NCBI GenBank assembly: GCA_964016885.1
Contig: OZ024742.1
Coordinates: 149,668,001-149,732,000 of the forward strand
DNA from: Eledone cirrhosa
Taxonomy: Eukaryota
Direction: 5' to 3'
Length of the DNA: 64,000 nt
Part shown: in pieces, positions 55,001 through 64,000 of the stretch
How positions within the stretch are numbered: the first letter of the stretch is position 1
Layout: each line of letters begins with the position of its first letter
Translations under genes and position numbers: made by a program
Notes under the pieces: model-generated
Told to the model about the DNA's origin: nothing
The model's input: only the letters and a program-made list of their open reading frames with translations
The model's database searches: none

Positions 55001-56130
55001 GTAAGCTGTGATTATGTGTATGTGTGTCTTTGTGTTTATGTAGGTTTAAGTAAAGAAGGAAACACATGTGTGATGTTATGCTTTGTAACACCAATTTAAC
55101 CTGTTTTTCCAAGCTGATTTATATGGTTTAGTTGCTATTACTATAAATTGGCAGAAGAATTAGAGGGATGGGAGACATGCCTTGTGGTATTTTTCCAGCT
55201 CCTTGCATTCTGAGTTCAAATCCAACTGAGGTCAATTATACCGTTCATCCTTCTTGGGTCGATAAATAAAGAAGCAGTCAAGACAATGGCCAGGCAGATT
55301 TATTATAGCATTGGACAAGATACTTCTCAGTATTTGTTGTAGAATTTTGCTTTCTGAATTCAAGTTCTGCCATGGCCTGTTGTCTGGTTTAATATTTGTA
55401 CCTAACTCTTGGTTGAATCAACTCTGTTGTAAATATCTGGGACAGGTCTCTTGTATGAGGCTACCTTCCTCCCTCCAAAATCTCACTGACCCTGAAAATG
55501 GTCTTGGGTATTGCTCATTTCTCCTTACTGAATGATAAAAAGAAATTACTATTGAAAGAGACACTAAATAACCATACAAAAAATTATTTTCAAAAATAAG
55601 AAAAATATATTATTTTTTCCTTTTATTTTTACCTTCCATTTATTTTCTCTTTATGCTGTTATTTTCGTCATTTATTTTTCCATCTTGAAGTTGTACTTAT
55701 TTGGCAACTGACTTGATTTGAACCACTATGTTGAAACTGAAGAATTACATTGTTGAATAGTTATTTTAACCATAAAATAAAATAAAATAAAATAAATACA
55801 CAATAAAAAATACAAACTTTTAAATCCACATTACATTTATTTCCTCTGCGGTGAAAATGTGTCAATGACCAGGTTGCAAAGAGTGTATTGAAAATGTTGA
55901 CACCATAAAAGGAAAAAATGAATAGGGAATATGACAGTTTTTGTGTGATTTTGAATGGTTTAAATGACTCTTGTACATCTTTGCAATCTATCACCAATAA
56001 TATCTTTCACTGTCAATTTTCCATTTACAATGGTTACAAATATAGGACTATAAATATACCAGCATTAAAAATGTCACTAATAATTATAAAACTCACTTCT
56101 TTATCCTTTCTTACTCTCTCTCTATTTATT

Positions 56131-56347
<217 letters not shown>

Positions 56348-58996
56348 TATATATCCCTATTGCTATAACTTTCTCACTTCACCTTGACTTGGAGGTTCTT
56401 CACTTAGTGAATGCATGACAACATTCTTTTAGTAAATTTACTTTCAGCTCTTCTATGCTATCACCTTCATTATCATCAGTTTTTATTATAATCATTATTA
56501 TTATTATTTTTATTATTATTATCATCCTTATTATCATCATCATTATTATTTATTATTAATTTATTATTGTTGTTGCTTTCTTACTTATTATTATGTATTA
56601 TTCTATATTATATTTTTTTATTTATTTCACTTTCATTCAATTTTCAACTCGTTCCTTTATTTCATTTTTCTTCTTGATATCACTATTGCACAATATTTCT
56701 TAATGTAACTGCGGATAAAAAAAAATGCATTGTTTTTAAATCACATTTGGAATGTTCAGTTGTTAAATTGCTATGTTAGCATGAATTTTGCATTCGATGT
56801 TTCTAGATTAATAACTCTTGAAGAAATCAAACTATATGGTTTCTTTATTGATACTTATTTTTCCTGTTATTTAACATGGCACCATTATTTTCATTACATG
56901 ATTAAGCCATTATTATTGTTGTTATTATTTATCAAAAGGGCTATGGTGTGGCAGAAACAGTAGAGAACCAGACTAGATACTTTATGGTATTTAGTTATCT
57001 CCACTTAAACTGAGTTTAGATGCCATGGAGGTCTCTAGTGTTTTTTAACCATTATTCATTTGTCCTTCTGGGTTTGATAAAATAAGGACTAGTCAAGCAT
57101 GGGGTTCTTTTCACTCAATGCTACCATCTGTAATAAATTCACAGCAATATGTCAATGTGAGAACCCACTATCATCATCATAATTATTATTGCAAGATACA
57201 ATAATTTAAAACAGAATAAAGTACTAAATTCCTGTTCCCTAGATATTAGTCTGTGTTTATAGCAAGACACTTAACCTTGCTTGCTTTTGCCTTAATGCCC
57301 ACACAAATTATCCTTATCATCTTATTATGATCATCATTATAATCATTATTATCATTATCATCATTATTATTATCATTATCATCATTATTATCATCATATA
57401 TGAAATGCTTGAGATTATTGTAAAATTAAATAAAAATAGATCATCCAGAACTTTTCATTCTCATCATTATTATTGCTGCTGCTACATGTAGAAAATAGTT
57501 CCAGTTGAGATGAATTGCAGTGATTGCTCTATGTTTAATTAGATGGTATGTAGTTATGTAGAACAGCATTGATTGGTCTCTTGCTTGTTTTCTTCTTCCC
57601 CCCTTTCTTTCCTGTATAACTTTGTAAGCATTGAGGAACATATAAAGCAAGATAAAGTTTACAAAGAAAGCTTTGGAACAAATATCTCAATTTAATCCAG
57701 AACTTAACATTCAAATGGAATTGACATACATCAGTTCCATCAATGAGTCTTTCAGTTGTTTGATCATTGGAACAAACTGAAATTAACCTGCAAATGGCTG
57801 AATGTTCCACAGGCATGTATTCCCTTAATGTAATGCAGACTATCACATACTTGGCCATTTGAATTACAGATGTGCTTAAAATACCACTAGAATATAAATA
57901 TTGTGAAGCAAATTTCTTTAAATTACAATGCAAATTATCGCTCCTGAATTGATGCATAATTTAAATATTACAGTGCAAAAGCATTAAAGAAATAAAAAGG
58001 CTTGTTTTCATGAAAGAAGAATTGCTTTCAGAAATCCTGATGAAGCCAACTTTGCCTTCATTCTTTTGAGATTGATAAAATAAATTATCAATCAAATACT
58101 GGGGCTACTTTAATCACATATACCCAACTCTCACACCCAAGAGCTTATGCTTGTATAAGAAAACAATATTATTTTAAACCACTAGTGCCTTGTTTCATTT
58201 CTCTTTGTAAGTATATTTGTACAGATTTTGGAGGGTTTCTTTTCTTCACTCCACTAAAACTTGTGCATTGTTTTCATTTTTAATTGCCATTTTATGGCCA
58301 TTCTGAGATATTTGAAGAGAAATATGATATTACGACATTTATGTATTCCACAAGAAAAGGGAAATAGCTTCAACTATCATAATGTTCATTCACCATCAAT
58401 TAATTGTTTACAAGGCTTCAAATTTATGCGGAAGGAAGAGGTAAATGGAATTGTTTTATGTTCATATCTTTCTCAAAGATATTAATAATATAAAATTATA
58501 TGAAGCCTACAACAGAATAAAAACTGGATTGCAGGCATGACTTGTTTTCAAGTTATTGGGAGCTTAACTCTACTCTGTTACACAAACACTTTGGGTACAC
58601 AATAATAGTAGAATTGATAAGTAATTCATTTTGAGCTGTTTAATTTTGTATGTGTTAAGTATTATTGTATTTACTGTCTGTGTGTACTCCTCCCTACATA
58701 ACATAACATGTATTTTTTTATGAAATCTTTCTTTCCCTGGAGTGGCTTCTCCTTCCTTTATAACTCATCCAGATTCATCATTTTTAACACTCATCAAATA
58801 CAAGCAATAGCTTTAATTACCAAAGGTAATTTTTGTCTTTGCTGCTGTATTATTTTGTTTACTTCATCTGTTCCATTTTCATATCTTAAGTAATCAATCC
58901 AATCCAATCCAATCCTTGCTTGCTGCTCTAGTTTCACTGGTGCATGAGTATTTGTCTTTTGTTTGTAATAGCCATTTCATGATGCTCGTGCTGCAG

Positions 58997-59128
58997 GAGA
59001 GAAAATGACAAAATTAACTGATGTCAGTCAGCTAGACTTAGATGACACTGATGATGAGACAAGGAAGAAACTAATACTTTCACAACGTATAAATCATTTA
59101 CCTGACAATCTTGAAGAACTAAGTAAAG
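58997..59128 (+). CDS. TnI: Candidate alternative exon, divergent counterpart of exon 62871-62991 (EKMTKLTDVSQLDLDDTDDETRKKLILSQRINHLPDNLEELSK-G), phase-1 donor
   Basis: ctgcAG acceptor, ATG at 59005, G|GTACTG donor at 59129 in the same phase as the 62991 donor. KLILSQRINHL...LEELSKG aligns with ERFISERVEPL...DGLNEG. Confidence 0.65.
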
Positions 59129-59539
59129 GTACTGTGATTTCAACTGAACACAAACTTCTTTAGTTCTGATCGACATATATGAATGATTCCATAAATGTAT
59201 AAGTATATTGATTTTATGAAGTTATTTCTAATTTGAATAGGAAACAGTGATACATTGACATACCTGTAATTTATTAATGCATAGAGTCCTATTATTAATA
59301 TTTAGCACCATCATAATTCTCATCATCATTATTATTGCTATTGTTTTGGGAAGTAGTCAAGTATGCAGGAAATTCTCAATAAGATCCAGTTTGAATTTTC
59401 TGTTCATTACAGAATGTGAACTATTTTAGTTACATTATTAATGCTCTTAGGAGATGCCATAATTTCCCATTTCATTCAGTTCTAAAATATATAAATATGA
59501 TAATTATTATTTCTTATGTAAAGAGTTAAAGAAAACACT

Positions 59540-59920
59540 GTTAATTTTATATGTTCTGAGTTCAGATCCTACCAAGGTCATCTTTGCCTTTTACTCATCC
59601 TTCCACAGTCAATAAAATAGAATACTTACGGTGAATTTAATTGATTAATCTCTCACCCCAAAATTGTTCGCCTTGTGCCTAAAGCAGGATCAATTATCAT
59701 TATTGAGGGCAGTAGATTAGCAGTATCAGTAGAGTATCAGACACTATGCTTTGCAACATAGAGTTATGTCCTTAACGTTCTGAGCTAAAATCCCGCCAAA
59801 GTTATCATCCTTATTGAGTTCGTAAAATAAAGCACCAGTAATGCACTGGGGTTGATTTAATCGACTTTTCCCACCTCCCAAAATTGCTGGCCTTGTGCTT
59901 ATAGTAGAAATCTATTATTA
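59540..59920 (+). mobile_element. Two tandem older family A SINEs
   Basis: Degenerate B box, core and tail, repeated twice. Confidence 0.75.
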
Positions 59921-62474
59921 TTATATAAGACATAATTTTATACAGATCTATTCATATCTCACTATAAAAACCTTTCTGATGTCGCTATAGACAAAACTAC
60001 TTGCCAAAGATTCATATCTATCTATTCAGTAGATCATCGCCTTTATCATCATTACTGTTTTGTTATTGTTATTGTAACAGGTGATGTGTAACATGTTCCT
60101 GGTTAATTGAGTCCCAGACTAATTTGCTTTCAGTTTAAACTACTTAACAAAACTTACTTAGAGAGAATCATGAATGTAACAACTTAGCATTTCTATAAAC
60201 ATTCTCAGGCTTCATTCAATGTATTTGTTTTTGTGTTGGGTGGTGGTAAAAATCAGTAACATGGTTTCAATATTGCATGGAAACCATGTTCTACTTCATT
60301 TACATAGCAAGAGTTTGTATCCATCATATGTTAATATTGTTTCAACAGGTGATGTGATGTCATGTCATGTCATGTAGGTGTTTGATTCAGTTCCAGTATA
60401 TTACTGGTAAATATCAAATCCAGTGAAAAACGTCTATGTTTACCTCTGGTACGTCTTTTATAAACTTTGCAGGAAGTATGAATGAAAGGCAAAGTTGATT
60501 ATGCCAAAAACTGAACTCAGAAACAGGAAGCCACAAATGGTGGAAAGGCACTGAAGAGATGTTAATTGTAAATGGTGCCTTCTTTTATTAGTACCAACCC
60601 CACCACTTTCCTTTATCCCAATGATTTGTTCAATAGGCAGTTTGCTGGAATGATGATGATGATAATAATGATGATAGTAGCAACATTATTGTAAAATTCA
60701 AAACCAAACCTTTGGCATTTTAAGATCCCATTTGCCCTCTGATGCCCTTCACCAGTTTTCTTACATTATATGTGGCAATGGTATGCAGAATGTGTTACAT
60801 AAAAAAATCATATTAGCATTATAAGCTTTATTTTCTGCATGTTGCATGTGTAAAACACCTTTACCTATGTTTAATATTGTTATTTTTTAATATTTTTAAT
60901 ATTTTTAATCAAACATTTTAAACATTTCATAAATTCATTGACTCTTGATATTTTTATAATAATAATATTAATAAAAATAATACCAATAATAATAATAACA
61001 ACAATATTATTGTTATTATTAGTATTATTATTATCATCATTATTATTATTTCTGTTATTGTTAATAATAATATTTATTATTCATTCTCATACATTGATAT
61101 ATATGTATATATTTTCCAGCTATAATTCTCTTTAAAAAAATTACACTTCCAACTGGGCAAGTTCCTAGTTAATCATATAGATTTGATATTGTTTCAGCAT
61201 TGTATTATTGAATAATGTTCTATTAATCAGTATTGTATTATTTTATTCATATATGTTTGAATATTTTGTTTTATTGTTGTTTATTCATTGTTCCATTAAG
61301 ATATTTTCTGTCTAGATTAAATAAATCTCACCACTTTCGAATTTATCTCAATGTGTTTTATATTAGCCAATAGTATTATTCTTGTTGCTGGTGTTATGAT
61401 GGAGCTCTTATTTGTGATGGTGGCATCTTATAGATATTTTCTTTGTCATATATTCTTTGATTTGCTGTAAAGAATGGAGAGAATCTTTGACTGAATGAGT
61501 TTTAAACAGACTATTATTCAACTATTTCATTATCACATATCTAATGATAAAAGTTGCCTGTCATTTTCAAATAATTTTGAAAATAATTGAGAATTTAAAG
61601 GGATTTTGTCTAAATAGTTAATGTTCTCATTATTAATCTGATATTTGATATATAACTTGAGAAAATTATGATGGCAGTTTTTAGATAAATATAAACACTG
61701 TAAAATAAAGTTTTGTATCATAGAAGCAGTTTGTTTTTAAAGGTTTAAAATCTTTCTTCATGACATCTGCAACTATGCCACTTTCTGTAATTAGGTGACC
61801 TCTATTTTATGAGCTCCAAGTATTGTCTATTAAAGATAAGACCTTGATCACTTCATTTCATGAACCCATGATTTGTTTTTTGCATATTTTGTGTTTTCAT
61901 GATGTAATTTAGAAAAAGGCAGGAGCTGTACTCTGTTCCATTCTTCACTTATTAGAATATGAAATATTTTGTCTGCATAAGCAATAATTGTTTAGCAAGT
62001 TAGCATTCTTTTTCATGTCTTAGATCTAACTTGATATTCATGGCATAAATTTGTGGAATAAATATTAAAACTCCATGTCCTTACATCATCTAATTTGAAC
62101 TTAGATTTCTTTCATTCTGTTAAATTTTTATGAATGGATATTTTAGAAAATAAATTACAGGCATGTTAAACTGGAAATACATTTGTTTTCTATAAAAAAA
62201 AAAGACAATCACTTCTATTTTAATCAACATCTAAGAGTTAAATTTACTCACCTCTTGTCCTTTATTAAAGTTGTGACTGAAGTACTTTAAAATCTTACAT
62301 GAATGCTTGGTTATCTTGGATGGTTTAGAGATGAAACATTATTTGCTGTGGTTAGTGGTCTGCATAGGATTGGTGGAGTTCTAGCCAGTTAACTAACTTG
62401 AAGTACCAAATTTCAATAATATTAGTCAAAGCTTGGATTTAGTTGTAGTTGGGACCAATTCACTTGTATTATTA

Positions 62475-62660
62475 TGGATTGGCAGTATCGGTAGAGAGTC
62501 GGAAGCCATGCTTTCCAGCATAGTTACGTCCCTTTACGATCTGAGTTCAAATCCCGCCGAGGTTGACTTTGCCTTTCATCCTTACGGGGTCGATAAAATA
62601 AAGTACCAGTAATGCACTGGGTAATTGCTGGCCTTGTGCCTAAAGTAGAAACAATTATTA
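62475..62660 (+). mobile_element. Young family A SINE about 210 bp upstream of the TnI core exon
   Basis: Consensus match. Confidence 0.9.
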
Positions 62661-62870
62661 ATGCCTTATTCTTAGGAACATCACGACTTCCCACATCTCC
62701 TCCTTTACAAATTTCAGGTTTCATGACTGTTATAAGAAATCATTGTCTTATTAATGTTACTTGGTGTTTTCTGTTTTGCTATTCTTCATTTCATCTTTGT
62801 ATAAACATTGTCAAACCCTTGGTTTTGTTCATACCATCATATGAAGATCATTGTTGCTGTCTGTTTGTAG

Positions 62871-62991
62871 AAAATTATTATGCAAAAGGCTGCTGAAGAT
62901 CTGAAAAATGAAGCTAAACGGAAAGCAGAAGAAAAAGAGCGCTTCATTAGCGAGAGGGTTGAGCCACTGGTTACCGATGGTCTAAATGAAG
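62871..62991 (+). CDS. TnI: Troponin I core exon (KIIMQKAAEDLKNEAKRKAEEKERFISERVEPLVTDGLNE-G), phase 0-1
   Basis: ctgtttgtAG acceptor and G|GTAGGC donor. MQKAAEDLKNEAK-KAEEKE is the molluscan TnI H1 (TnC-binding) helix motif. Confidence 0.95.
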
Positions 62992-64000
62992 GTAGGCGTT
63001 GCCTGCTGTGTGCTGTGCATGCCGATATGTGCATACCTCTTCCCTGCAGGATGATGCCATACCATGTGTGTGTTTTTACTTAGAATATTTTCAGCAAATG
63101 GATTTGAAACATTTACTTTTCACCTCTTTCTATAATCCATATCTTGCTATATTTTGCTCCCATTATTTCCAATTCCAGTTTTTGTATTTATTTTACATCA
63201 GTCCCATGTCTTTTTATTTAATCTATTTTTTTCTCTTCCCGTGGTCACCTGGAATGCAATCTTTGTTCAAAGAGGTTATAGAATCTCTTTTTTTCTTTTC
63301 CAAAATCTAATTTTTTTCTTCCTTGATCCAGGTCAAAACTTCCTATATACTGTGTGTTATTACAAAAAAATAAAAGAAATTAATAAAAATCTGGCTTAAT
63401 TGAAAAATGGGACATATAACTAAAAGAGCTTTATCTTCGCCCTATCAGTACTTATTTTGCCTTGACTTGATTTTATTTAACTTGTCCTTTCTCTAATGTC
63501 AACAATGGATTCAAATCACTGATGCATGCTCAAGAAAATTTTCTCCCTATCGTTTTATATTCATTTACTTTTTTCTCTCCTCTTCCCTTTCTATATAATT
63601 GTGTCTTTCTCTTTTCTCTCTTTACCCTCTTTTATCTCTCAAGATGTTCCCTTCCTAGTTTTTACCACAACTAGCTTGTACTACCTAGTCCTGAATGTCT
63701 TTTGTTTTGCAGATTTAACTGCATGTATAGATGATATCTTTAGTTAGTTTATCTCATCTTGGGTGAGAGGAAATATTTGCTAAAGAGTTTACACTACTAT
63801 CTCTATAATTTTCTTTCTATTAGTGAAATCTTTAGTGTGACATCTAGTATTGTCCTAATGCTGAATTTCACTTCATAAGGAAGGAATCTAGCACTTCTAA
63901 ATAATTCATTGTTCTGTAGGGGCTATTGGTCTACCATACTTTAATTTTCTTGGTGGTGTCCAAGTAAACAATTCTTTTGTCTGTGACTAGTATATTTTGA

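Noticed and set aside
57535-57957. 140-aa minus-strand ORF
   Set aside because: No recognisable motif or splice structure; possibly decayed transposon sequence.
59000-59004. GAG acceptor at 59000-59001 giving a direct phase-0 join (LLK-KMTKL)
   Set aside because: GAG acceptors are rare and a CAG lies 5 nt upstream; not excluded but not supported.

Overview
AT-rich eukaryotic (animal) genomic DNA, most likely an octopod cephalopod judging from the tRNA-derived SINE families, the long TA/TATG microsatellite fields and the molluscan-type protein sequence (inference). The whole window lies inside one large + strand gene, a molluscan troponin I (TnI). Recognisable exons are 2053-2232 (E/K/R-rich N-terminal extension), 31804-31851, 47346-47441 (KRKGLGGLSPEKKKLLK) and 62871-62991 (KIIMQKAAEDLKNEAKRKAEEKERFISER). 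The gene starts upstream and ends downstream of the window. The introns hold several candidate alternative exons: an internal TATA/Inr promoter with an ATG-TCT|GT first exon (13.3-13.4 kb); three in-frame cassette exons (22127-22555, 24083-24148, 26514-27584) adding about 522 aa of low-complexity sequence with three (K/R)W-P motifs exactly 44 aa apart; and a divergent counterpart of the 62871 exon (58997-59128, possibly reached via a 40-nt exon at 54961-55000). Non-coding highlights are a 9-copy 81-bp array whose minus strand reads as a minimal hammerhead-ribozyme core, a back-to-back pair of type I hammerhead motifs (36.8 kb), and a tRNA-cloverleaf-containing Penelope-like foldback element just upstream of the first exon. 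There are also many SINEs (some inverted around exons), RTE and L1/Tx1 LINE fragments and three MITE types. Nearly all long ORFs in the ORF track are microsatellite artefacts. All exon calls rest on splice signals, phase and recalled family motifs; none was checked against transcripts or databases.
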